Origin: Nitrososphaeria archaeon
Lineage (GTDB): Archaea; Thermoproteota; Nitrososphaeria; JACIWG01
Assembly (NCBI GenBank): GCA_963752255.1
Contig: CAVVXT010000019.1
Span: 352,001 to 416,000, forward strand
Direction of reading: 5' to 3'
DNA: 64,000 nucleotides
The stretch's first letter is position 1; each line of letters opens with the position of its first letter. Positions 21,624 to 30,563 of this stretch are shown here, in pieces. The notes under the pieces are model-generated. The model had not been told where the DNA came from. It saw nothing but the letters and a program-made list of their open reading frames with translations, and searched no databases. Made by a program: the position numbers and the translations under genes.

Positions 21624-22403
21624 TTATGGACTTGAGCGGTTCTCAGGGTTTTTGCGCAGTTCTTTTGTTGCAAACCAGGCTACAATTATAGAAATGAGGG
21701 ATAAAGCAAAAACTACAGCTTCAAAACCGATTAGTGTAAAACTCTGAGCAAAGGGAACCAAGAAATCCACAAAACCCATGGGGAGGGCGAGTAGTAAATA
21801 CTGCTTCTTATTGAAATAGGCAGACATTATGCAAAGGTAGCCCCATGCGAAATGAAAAAAGGTCGAGGAGATCCTCTCAATGATACCCAGGGCCATCGTC
21901 CCAAGTACTTGGGAAGCAGGAGAAAAAAGTTCGGGTGAACTGTTAATTAACTGAGTGTAAACGGTCTGTGCTAATGGTGTATTTGTGGAGAGGATAAAGT
22001 AATAAGCCACTAGATTAATTAGTGGAAGCACACCGAGCAGAACAGCGTTTTCCCAAAAAGCCAACCCCAAACCATATACCTCGGCGTCTTTCCCAGTAAG
22101 CATGCCACGAGAAGTTGCATACCATGCGATTAAGAAAGCGCCGCCTACCTCAAAAACAACAGTTTGAAGGCCCACGTATACCCCATAACCCACGCTATTC
22201 ACACCAAAATACCCCGCAACTGTCGAGGCAGTCGGTATTTGCACTACGTACTTAAGGGCTATAGCACCGCCATATGCTAAAAGCGAGTACAGGAAGACAA
22301 GACCCCTAAAGCTCCGTTTATAGCGCCAATACACCACCAAACCCGAAGTAATTAAGATTACAATCAAGGGCTGAAGGATATACAAAATATCGATATTTTG
22401 CAC
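21624..22403 (-). CDS. YhfC/PrsW-like intramembrane glutamic metalloprotease
   Basis: Multi-TM; VFE, YGLGLAFWEN and IERISSTFFH motifs. Confidence 0.7.
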   Translation of the reverse strand: MQNIDILYILQPLIVILITSGLVVYWRYKRSFRGLVFLYSLLAYGGAIALKYVVQIPTASTVAGYFGVNSVGYGVYVGLQTVVFEVGGAFLIAWYATSRGMLTGKDAEVYGLGLAFWENAVLLGVLPLINLVAYYFILSTNTPLAQTVYTQLINSSPELFSPASQVLGTMALGIIERISSTFFHFAWGYLCIMSAYFNKKQYLLLALPMGFVDFLVPFAQSFTLIGFEAVVFALSLISIIVAWFATKELRKNPENRSSP

Positions 22404-22510
22404 AATTAACGTTACTATCGCTTAGTTTTTAAAACTTATTATTGCAAAGAAGCAAGGGACATAAAAGAATTTCAGTTTTTGTAGGCTATAATCTATACAC
22501 TAAATGAAGC

Positions 22511-23488
22511 TTAAATTCTAAGGTTAACATTTTGATCTTTAAGGAACTTGTTAAGCTCTTCCTTAAAAGGCAGAGCTGTTATTGCACCACGTTTAGTAAC
22601 TACAAATGCACCGACCGCGTTGGCAATTTTGACACAATCTTCCAACCCTAACTTTTTAATTAGACCGACAAGCAATCCCGCATTCCAACCGTCGCCAGCA
22701 CCGGTTGTATCTATAACATTGACTTTATAGGAAGGTGCAAAAACTTCAACTCCGTCTTTTGACCTAATCAACGCTCCTTTTGCGCCTAATTTTACTCCCA
22801 CAATCTCAACACCAAATTCTAGAGCCCTTTCTGCAGCTTCTTTCGGCTCTTTGGTTTTGAATATGAATTCTGCCTCTTCACTTGAAAAGGTCGCTATGTC
22901 AGCCATTTTAAGCACATAATTATACATCTTTCTGATTGAGAGTTGAGAGTTCCAAACATCCGATCTTAGGGTTGGGTCAAATGAAATTTTCACTCCTTGT
23001 TCTTTAGCGAATCTGATAGCCCCAAGAATAGCCGTTCTAGAAGGGTTCTGGGAAAGTGCAAAACCTGATATGTGCAATATCTTCGATCTTGAAATATATT
23101 TGTGATCTATATCTTTAGTCGTTAATGCACTATCGGCTGTTCCTCCTGCCCAAGGCTTCCTATAGAAGAAAAACGTTCTTTCACCAGTAACAGGTTCATT
23201 GATGACAAACGCCAAGGTCGTACGTTTTCCCTTTTTCATGATTATATGGGATGTATCAACATTATTTCGCTTGAATTCCTTTATTATATATTCTCCAAAA
23301 GGATCTTCTCCCACTGCCGCAACAGCACCAGCTTTTACACCTAATCTTGCTACACCTACAATCGTGTTCATAGGAGCACCTCCAAAACATTTGATGAAGG
23401 TAGAAGCTTCAGTGTAGTGAACTGGTTCAGATGCGATAAAGTCTATTAAAACTTCACCCAATCCGATTACTTCAGGATAGGTCGACAT
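22511..23488 (-). CDS. PfkB family carbohydrate kinase (fructokinase/KDG-kinase-like)
   Basis: GEVLIDF, GGAPMN, SFDPTLR, DTTGAGDGW; start placed at MSTYPE. Confidence 0.93.
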   Translation of the reverse strand: MSTYPEVIGLGEVLIDFIASEPVHYTEASTFIKCFGGAPMNTIVGVARLGVKAGAVAAVGEDPFGEYIIKEFKRNNVDTSHIIMKKGKRTTLAFVINEPVTGERTFFFYRKPWAGGTADSALTTKDIDHKYISRSKILHISGFALSQNPSRTAILGAIRFAKEQGVKISFDPTLRSDVWNSQLSIRKMYNYVLKMADIATFSSEEAEFIFKTKEPKEAAERALEFGVEIVGVKLGAKGALIRSKDGVEVFAPSYKVNVIDTTGAGDGWNAGLLVGLIKKLGLEDCVKIANAVGAFVVTKRGAITALPFKEELNKFLKDQNVNLRI

Positions 23489-23540
23489 TACTTTACACTT
23501 GTGTTTACACACCTTTTTAGCATTTCTATCTTTATCCTAT

Positions 23541-23773
23541 TTAACTTTAAATAAAACAATAAACCGCTTAATTGCGATCTTATGCCTAATGCAGAGGTTG
23601 AAGATAACCAAAAACCTGTGAAAAAAAATAGGAAACCTGAAAAACAAGAAGAAGAAAACTGGGAAAAAAAGATGGAAGACACAGAAGAGGACGAAGAATC
23701 TGCGACAGAAGATTCCGAAGAATTTGAAGAATCAGTTGAAGAAAATGAACATATAGAAGATGAAAAAGAATAG
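23541..23773 (+). repeat. Dispersed duplication (promoter plus acidic micro-gene); partner at 63212..63438
   Basis: TTAACTTTAAATAAAACAATAAACCG identical in both copies, starting 41 nt before each ATG; coding similarity throughout. Confidence 0.9.
23582..23773 (+). CDS. Small highly acidic disordered protein, copy 1
   Basis: 63 aa; close paralog at 63253 with the same upstream TATA region. Confidence 0.65.
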   Translation: MPNAEVEDNQKPVKKNRKPEKQEEENWEKKMEDTEEDEESATEDSEEFEESVEENEHIEDEKE

Positions 23774-24249
23774 ATTAAGAAAACTTGAAATAATAGAAGT
23801 GTGAATTGACGAAATCTAAAGAAATATTCAGAGATTACCTAGAAGACTAGAATTCTATTAATTTAACATTGGGGCATACCAACCGGATGACACGAGCTAT
23901 TACTTTACACCTGCTGTATAACATAAATCTATGGAATATTATATAATATATTGACAACCACAGAAATTAGTAATCTTTCAGAAGAACTTAAAATAGGAAA
24001 GCTTTCAAATGAAGAAATCAAATCGAGACTGAAATATATACTCAGTTGAGAGAATTGTGAAATTGATAGAGATGAACTAAGAATTTGGTTGTCCCTCAAT
24101 ATAGGGAATGAATGAAGAAACTGACAGAAACCAAAAGCTTGTAGAAACGCATAAGACATTTTGTTAACACTTTAAATCATATATGTCCTATTAGGATCTT
24201 GTCACCTGAAAGAATAAAAGACTAACTCATTCATAGTCTGAAGTGAGAA

Positions 24250-26115
24250 ATGGAAGTCTCCTCAATATGTCCATATTGTGGTTGTGGATGTAGATTAATA
24301 TTTTTAGTTAAAAATCAAAAGATTATAAAAGTAATTCCAGATAAAAAAGATGAGGTAAGCCGAGGTAGTCCTTGTATTAAAGGGTTAACATTACATGAGG
24401 TAATTGAAAAAGACAGAATTTTAAGACCAATGATAAGAGAAAGTAAAAACTCAAAATTAAGGGAAGTTACTTGGAAAAGATCATATCGTTTTATCTGGAA
24501 TAGAACCAAAAAATTGAAACCCGAAGAAATCCTCTTTGTCATTTCTGGAAAAACCCCTAACGAAGATTGCTTTACTCTAAGAGAATTTGCGGAAAAGGTT
24601 TTTGGGACTAATCAGGTTGATAGTTGTTGTACAAGACTTTGTCATTTGATCACGACCGAGGCCTTAAAAGAATTTTTGGGAATCGATGCATCTCCTGACA
24701 AAATGGATGATGTCGGAAATCTTGATTGTTTATTAATCATTGGTTCAAACCCCGCATCCAATTATCCAGTAAACTTCAACCGACTTTTAATGGCACAAAA
24801 TAAGGGAATGAAAATGATTTCCATCCAAGCCACTGAAAATGCAACTTCCCAAAGAGCAGATTTGTCACTTTTAATCGAAAATGGAGCAGAACCTGCCCTT
24901 TTGAAGTGTATCATCAACAAGTTAATTAATTTGCGGGCTTATCAATCTGAGATTGAAAAAATAGAAGGTTTTTTAGAACTAAAAAAAAGTGTCAAACTTT
25001 ATACGTATAAAAGAATAAAAAAGTACACTAGATTCTCTTTTACCGAATTCAATGGGTTGATTCGATTAATAGCGCATTCTAAGCGTTTTGGATTAATGCA
25101 TGGAATGGGTATAACTCAAGAACTACGCGGAAGAGAAAGCGTGTTTCTTTTACTTAATCTTTTAATCTTAAAAGAAGGAAAATTACTTTCTTCCCGTGGA
25201 GAGATTAACGTTCAAGGTGCTAGTGATATTGCAAGTATTCCTTTCTTAGATCAATCCAGCCGAAAAAATATTATCCAGGCTTTACTAATTTCTCCGGTCA
25301 AAGCCATATTTATCTCGGGATTTAATCCAGCTCAGTCTTTACCTAATTTGGATCGAGTTCACCAAAACCTTAGAAAGATGTTTGTGGTTCAATGTGAACC
25401 TTATTTGAATCTCACCTCAAGGTTTGCTGATGTAATCCTACCGACACCAACTTTATTGGAAAGAACAGGTACGATAACCAATGGAGAAAGAAGAATAAGA
25501 TTGGTAAATAAAGTTATTGACCCCTTAGGAGAATCTAAACCGGAATGGATAATTTCAAGAGAATTAGCGAAAATTTTTGGTATTGAAATCAGATATAAAA
25601 ATGAGAAAGAAATTTTCGAGAAGTTAGTGAAAGAAGTTCCAGCCTATAAGAACCTAATTCCCAATTCTATTTATCAAGGAAATGATGCTTACGGAGAGAA
25701 GAATGTTAAATTCAGAAGGTTTCATGCTGTCAATCTTACACCTCTAAAAAGGGCTATCTCTAGAAAATATCCCTTTATTCTAACAACATTCCGTTCGCCT
25801 TTTCATTTTCTTACTAATGAAATGACATCCAAATCAAAAACATTAAATCGATTTTCCGCTGATCCCTGTTGTTATCTAAACAAAAAAGATGCAAAAAAAT
25901 TAAAAATAAAAAATGGCGAACGAATAAAAGTCACTAGCCGAGTTGCCAGTTTAAAGACGCAAGCAAAGATCGACCAAAAAATTCCAGAAGGAATGATTGG
26001 TATGTATTTCCATTCCAAGGATTTGTTAGTGAATAGGCTCTTTCCAAGTCGATTCGATAAAGTAACATTTGTTCCCTATTATAAGACAGTGGCAGTAAAT
26101 ATTGAGAAAATTTAA
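24250..26115 (+). CDS. Molybdopterin oxidoreductase, formate dehydrogenase alpha-like (Cys form), shortened
   Basis: CPYCGCGC...CIKG 4Fe-4S motif, TRLCH, GSNPASNYP, RGEINVQGASD, ADVILP...ERTGTITNGERR, C-terminal molydop-binding domain. Confidence 0.85.
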   Translation: MEVSSICPYCGCGCRLIFLVKNQKIIKVIPDKKDEVSRGSPCIKGLTLHEVIEKDRILRPMIRESKNSKLREVTWKRSYRFIWNRTKKLKPEEILFVISGKTPNEDCFTLREFAEKVFGTNQVDSCCTRLCHLITTEALKEFLGIDASPDKMDDVGNLDCLLIIGSNPASNYPVNFNRLLMAQNKGMKMISIQATENATSQRADLSLLIENGAEPALLKCIINKLINLRAYQSEIEKIEGFLELKKSVKLYTYKRIKKYTRFSFTEFNGLIRLIAHSKRFGLMHGMGITQELRGRESVFLLLNLLILKEGKLLSSRGEINVQGASDIASIPFLDQSSRKNIIQALLISPVKAIFISGFNPAQSLPNLDRVHQNLRKMFVVQCEPYLNLTSRFADVILPTPTLLERTGTITNGERRIRLVNKVIDPLGESKPEWIISRELAKIFGIEIRYKNEKEIFEKLVKEVPAYKNLIPNSIYQGNDAYGEKNVKFRRFHAVNLTPLKRAISRKYPFILTTFRSPFHFLTNEMTSKSKTLNRFSADPCCYLNKKDAKKLKIKNGERIKVTSRVASLKTQAKIDQKIPEGMIGMYFHSKDLLVNRLFPSRFDKVTFVPYYKTVAVNIEKI

Positions 26116-26366
26116 TCTCGACATCCATATACATCTTTCTTACTACCTTTCCATAATTACAATGTTACGAATATTAGCCAGAAGATATACATATCAAAGA
26201 AAAGTTAGGTCTAACTATATTCATTAAAATATGTTACAAAATACAATTAATAAAGTGCATCCTATGAACTAAAAACATGCAGTGTGGTGTCTTCTAGTAC
26301 AAATCTTTGAATTGCCTACTTCTATTCAAAACTACCTTCTTGGCAGTTATATTCTCTATCGTATCA

Positions 26367-27509
26367 TTATTCGGTTATACATGCTCTGTCAAAGTTGGTC
26401 AGAGACCTTCCTCCAGTCTTTGTTATAGTGCAGACATCTTCAACCCTAACTGCTCCCACGCCTTTCTTGCCTGTACCGACTGCTAATGTAAAGGTCATTC
26501 CGGGTTCCATCATCCATTCATCTATGAATCCAATTTCTTCAAACTGCAAGCCTATGCCATGTCCATATAATAGTGCTGGCAGTGCTCCTACAAGTTCTTC
26601 GTTAACTGACTTTGCGGCCTTAAGTATATCTGATCCTTTGACCCCTGGCTTCATAACTTTCATCGCAGCTTCATGCGCTTCTTTTGCTACCTCAAGCAGT
26701 TCCCTTTGTTTATTTGTGATCTTTCCAAATCCTATTCCTCTGTCACTATCACAACAGTAGCCTTGATATCTTGGTGTCACATGAAATTCGAGCATTGTAT
26801 CCTTTCTTATGGGAACGTCCCTAGCCTTTCCAAGCATTGTCTCCTCATACTTTCCGCCCATTACCAAAATATCAGAATTGACCTGTTCAGCTCCATAACT
26901 TACCGCATATGCTATTATCTCCCTTGCAATCTCCGACTCCATCTTACCAGGTTTAAGGATGGTTTCAATTATATCTTCATACACCATATCGGCTATTGCA
27001 CCAGCTTTTTCAAGAAGTTTAACCTCTTTTTCATCCTTGATGATCCTCATCGAATCAGGAATCCTTGAGTCGATCATCTCACCCATCGCTTCTTTGATTG
27101 AAGTGTAGATTGGATATGGTACTATTTCTTTGCCAGTAAAAGCTATCCTCTTCAGCACTTCTTTTTTCTTTAATTCTTTTAGAATACCCAAGGATTTACT
27201 CCAAGGCTCAAGCCTTATCCAAGGTTGATCTTCTATAGGTTCTACCTCCAAAGTAACAGAATCTAAAAAGCCATCTGGGACAAAGTAAATGGGTTCACCA
27301 TCAATTGGTATAGTGAGAAGAGTGAATGGCCCATATGGGGCTACATAGTCTGTGTTAAGCGCTGCAAAGGGAGATAGCCCCGCAAAATATCTGAGGTTTC
27401 CATCCCTCCAGGAATCTCCATATATAATCAAGAAATCAATTCCATCTTTCTTCATTCTTCTTTTTGCTTCCCCTATTCTTCTAAGATAATCTTCCTTTGA
27501 CATTGACAT
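26367..27509 (-). CDS. M24 fold (Xaa-Pro peptidase/creatinase-like) hydrolase
   Basis: Creatinase N-domain (NLRYFAG), RIIKDEKEV, GYCCDSDR, HGIGL, VRVED; start placed at MSMSKEDY. Confidence 0.85.
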   Translation of the reverse strand: MSMSKEDYLRRIGEAKRRMKKDGIDFLIIYGDSWRDGNLRYFAGLSPFAALNTDYVAPYGPFTLLTIPIDGEPIYFVPDGFLDSVTLEVEPIEDQPWIRLEPWSKSLGILKELKKKEVLKRIAFTGKEIVPYPIYTSIKEAMGEMIDSRIPDSMRIIKDEKEVKLLEKAGAIADMVYEDIIETILKPGKMESEIAREIIAYAVSYGAEQVNSDILVMGGKYEETMLGKARDVPIRKDTMLEFHVTPRYQGYCCDSDRGIGFGKITNKQRELLEVAKEAHEAAMKVMKPGVKGSDILKAAKSVNEELVGALPALLYGHGIGLQFEEIGFIDEWMMEPGMTFTLAVGTGKKGVGAVRVEDVCTITKTGGRSLTNFDRACITE

Positions 27510-27762
27510 AACCTTTCTTTTACGTCTTCGATATTTAAATCTTAAGTTTGACATTAATCTAATCAATTTCAATTTGGATAACTAATCTCAATCGGGTTCA
27601 CGATATTCATGTGAGTTTAAAGTTGTTATAACTTAGCTTTTTGCTAATCTGTCATTAATATTTTTTGATGTTGAAATATCTACTTCTATTTGACCATTTG
27701 AGTATATTGGAATATACTTATTCAAAAAGAAGTATTGAAAGTCAAGTATTTTCGTAAATGAA

Positions 27763-28710
27763 TTAGAGTTTCGGGTAAACTTTGCACAGGGATTCAAGAA
27801 CCGTAGAGGTTGTGATAAGCCTCTTGGGATCTTGATAAAGCCTACCTGCGTCCTTACAGGTCCAGGGCTCAAAGCAGTCGTTTTTGGTGAGCCGTATGAT
27901 CGGCACACTTTCCCAGCTGCCGTCTGTTCTCTGCTCCTGAACAAGCTGATTGACGAGCTCGAAGACATTAGTATCGCCCAATTCTGCAAATGTGTAAAGG
28001 ATGCATGAAATCAGCAGGGCTGATTCAAAGGCATTCTTGGGACTGACTCGAAGCAAGCTCTCTTTAGTTTTAGCTTTGTCGAATCGAGCTCCGATCGCGT
28101 CTAGAAGTGACAGACTGGCTTCGGTGCCGTAGAGGAACGAATCCCACCAGAAGGAGTTCCATAGCCCATCGACTGTTTTCTGCTTTAACACATATTTCAT
28201 GCCCTTTTTTATGGAAGGATTCTTGCGAACGTACTTTGTCAGAAGCGCCTGAAGGGCGATAGGGGTCACGTCGGGATGGGGGGCCCTCCAAGAATCAGTT
28301 CTGCTGTTGGCGAGATATGTTGAAAAGCCTCCATCACCGCACTGGAACTTCATCAGGTGTTTATAGCTCCTCACCGGTACTTCCACCCCTTCAGAAACCA
28401 GGAACAGTAATGCGTATGCCGTAGAGTCTGCATCCGATCCAGCCTCCATGTTGTACCCCCAGCCTCCATCTGGGTATTCGTTTCTTAGAAGCCACTTGGA
28501 GGCTGAAAGCGTCGAATCCGCAGTCCTCTTTCTCAGTCTTCCTGGAACGTGCCTTAACTTGTACCCCACGTACGCTGTTACCCATGCGTCCGACCATCCG
28601 GGCGGCAGTTGGCAGTCTGCCCAGCTTCCATCATCGGATATATAGGAGAGAATATACTCTAAGGAACTGATGATAGATCCTTTTATGCACTCCTTCCTTT
28701 TCGCGCTCAA
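27763..28710 (-). CDS. Single-domain class II terpene cyclase-like / squalene-oxidase-repeat (alpha/alpha barrel) protein
   Basis: QW-type repeats (DDGSW, YPDGGWGY, QCGDGGF, QKTVDGLW, QRTDGSW), acidic motif DADSTA, HPDVT. Confidence 0.8.
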   Translation of the reverse strand: MSAKRKECIKGSIISSLEYILSYISDDGSWADCQLPPGWSDAWVTAYVGYKLRHVPGRLRKRTADSTLSASKWLLRNEYPDGGWGYNMEAGSDADSTAYALLFLVSEGVEVPVRSYKHLMKFQCGDGGFSTYLANSRTDSWRAPHPDVTPIALQALLTKYVRKNPSIKKGMKYVLKQKTVDGLWNSFWWDSFLYGTEASLSLLDAIGARFDKAKTKESLLRVSPKNAFESALLISCILYTFAELGDTNVFELVNQLVQEQRTDGSWESVPIIRLTKNDCFEPWTCKDAGRLYQDPKRLITTSTVLESLCKVYPKL

Positions 28711-29775
28711 AGTCTTTCCCTTGATGGGTTCAAACTCGGCTTTAGGTACATGCTCGTATAAGTCTCTTTTTGCCTAGAGCCAAAGCCCACAAAGCGGTGC
28801 AGGTCGACGTTAATTCCGTTAAGGTGACCTTCAGACATCACTTCAAGTGTGTTCAGATAGGTGGCCGGGTCCACGCCTAAGAAACCGAGCCATTTCGAGA
28901 CCTTTTCCTTCGCCTCCACATCGCTTGCGAAGATGCAGTGCCCGCAGATCTCGAACTTGAAATCAAGCCCTGTTCCTGCTCCGAATCCGAAGGAACAGAC
29001 AACCGATCTGGTAGGATACCGGCGCTCCTCGCCCAAAAGATTTTCAGTGAACCGTCTGAATAGTCTGTTGTACTCCCGGTCTGCGATAGACCTTATCAGA
29101 CCTTCGTAGTATGTCAGCGGGTTCCCGAAGGCACTTACGTAGACTCTTCCACCTAGCTGGCCGCCTTTACCGAGCGTCAGTGACATTCCAAGTGGCTTCA
29201 TGTCCGTGATGAGGACTTTCTCTATTTCGTGCCATCGCTCAGTCCCATTAAAATGTAAGACAAATGCATCGAATCTTGGCCACATTCTGTCTTCACGCCC
29301 CCATTTTCCGTTGATGTAGACACTTAACTTCGGCTCTGCCTTCGGTGAAAAACCCGCCCCTATCCAGAACGCACCCGCAGGGTCCGCAAGCAGATCGGGA
29401 TCGCTTGAGGGAGCCAGCTTATCGATGAGGTCCTTAGTTTCTGACACAACCTTTCCTGAGGAGTAAATGGGAGCGAGAACGCCTATGCGCTCCCTGCTCA
29501 GCGTCAACCGTTCGGCTCCGGATGAACCCGGAACTCCTGCCTCACTCAGGAACTGTAAAGACGGCCTATCGTGCCCCAAGGGTAATGAAAACTGGAAGGG
29601 TGTTCCATCTTCGTTTTATTCTAGAAAACGTGGGTGGTCTTCTGCCAAGAGGCATCGCCAGCGATTCCCTGCATATGGTCTCATAGGTTCTCATGATCTG
29701 GGAGCCTGAATGTTCAAGGCCGAACTGAGGGATCAGCTTTGTCAGTAATTCGCTTACGTAATCGTATAGAGACAG
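28707..29775 (-). CDS. ABBA/DMATS-like aromatic prenyltransferase; probable CTG start; frameshift at 29614-29617
   Basis: Repaired N-terminus (M)SLYDYVSELL...FSRINEDGTPFQFSL resembles the DMATS S-x-x-x-x-DG-x-P-x-E-x-S motif; beta-strand motifs KLSVY, GRVY, HRFVG, TSMYLKP; GGGGTGA upstream of CTG 29775. Confidence 0.62.
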
Positions 29776-29814
29776 GCCTAAATCACCCCTATGATATACG
29801 TGATGATGACTTTC

Positions 29815-30561
29815 TTAGCTCTTTTTTGACAGATTCTGCGCCTGCTCTCTCTGTGGAAGCGTCACCGTTGCTCTCCTGACTGGCTTATCCGAACGGCTTG
29901 GCCCATCGTCTGGTTTCAACAGCTCGATCTTGATGTGCGAAGGAGCTTTGAAGTGGAAAAGCATCCCCTGCCCCGGCTGCAATTCGATCCTGTTTGGTTC
30001 GAAGGTCTCACGTAAACATTCAACCTTTATAGGACTAGGGGGACGATAAGCCGTCCTCCCGATCTTCGGATAGGCTACAACAATATCCCCTTTGGTCTTC
30101 GTAAGCAGGTTGTTGACGGAGTACGCTCCGGGACGTATGATTATCGCTGAGAAGATGTCCCTTTCATCAAGCTTGAGGCTGTTGAATAGGTTTTTCCTAG
30201 GGTCCTCCTCCACCTTTTCGACGCTTACGTGATAACCGCCGCTTCCGCCTGAAACGTGGAAGACAACGTAGCCCCTCGGATTTACGACGAAATGGATCCT
30301 GGAATCTTCGTGGTCTGGGCAGCACTTGGACGGCTCAGCCATCACCCCACCCAACTTAGCCAGGTCTACGTTAGCTTGCGCTACTGGGCTGTTCTTGTCA
30401 ACCGTTATGTAGAAGGCTCCAACGATTTCTGTCCCCCTATAAAGCACCCCCCGGTATTCGCCGGGTTCTGGAAAGCTGTGTATTATCGCTCCTAATATGG
30501 TGAGCGAACCGCTGTCCAACCCAATCTGCGAATAAATGTTCTGATCGATTGGTATTGTCAT
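29815..30561 (-). CDS. Hypothetical beta protein, permuted tandem cupredoxin-like fold without Cu ligands
   Basis: Internal repeat DSGSL..IIHSFPEPGEY / NSLKL..FSAIIIRPGAY and FVVNPRGYVVFH / FEPNRIELQPGQGMLFH. Confidence 0.65.
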   Translation of the reverse strand: MTIPIDQNIYSQIGLDSGSLTILGAIIHSFPEPGEYRGVLYRGTEIVGAFYITVDKNSPVAQANVDLAKLGGVMAEPSKCCPDHEDSRIHFVVNPRGYVVFHVSGGSGGYHVSVEKVEEDPRKNLFNSLKLDERDIFSAIIIRPGAYSVNNLLTKTKGDIVVAYPKIGRTAYRPPSPIKVECLRETFEPNRIELQPGQGMLFHFKAPSHIKIELLKPDDGPSRSDKPVRRATVTLPQREQAQNLSKKS

Positions 30562-30563
30562 GT

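Noticed and set aside
23929-24159. Minus-strand 76-aa ORF and a stop-interrupted plus-strand frame
   Set aside because: Low complexity, AT-rich and no recognisable family
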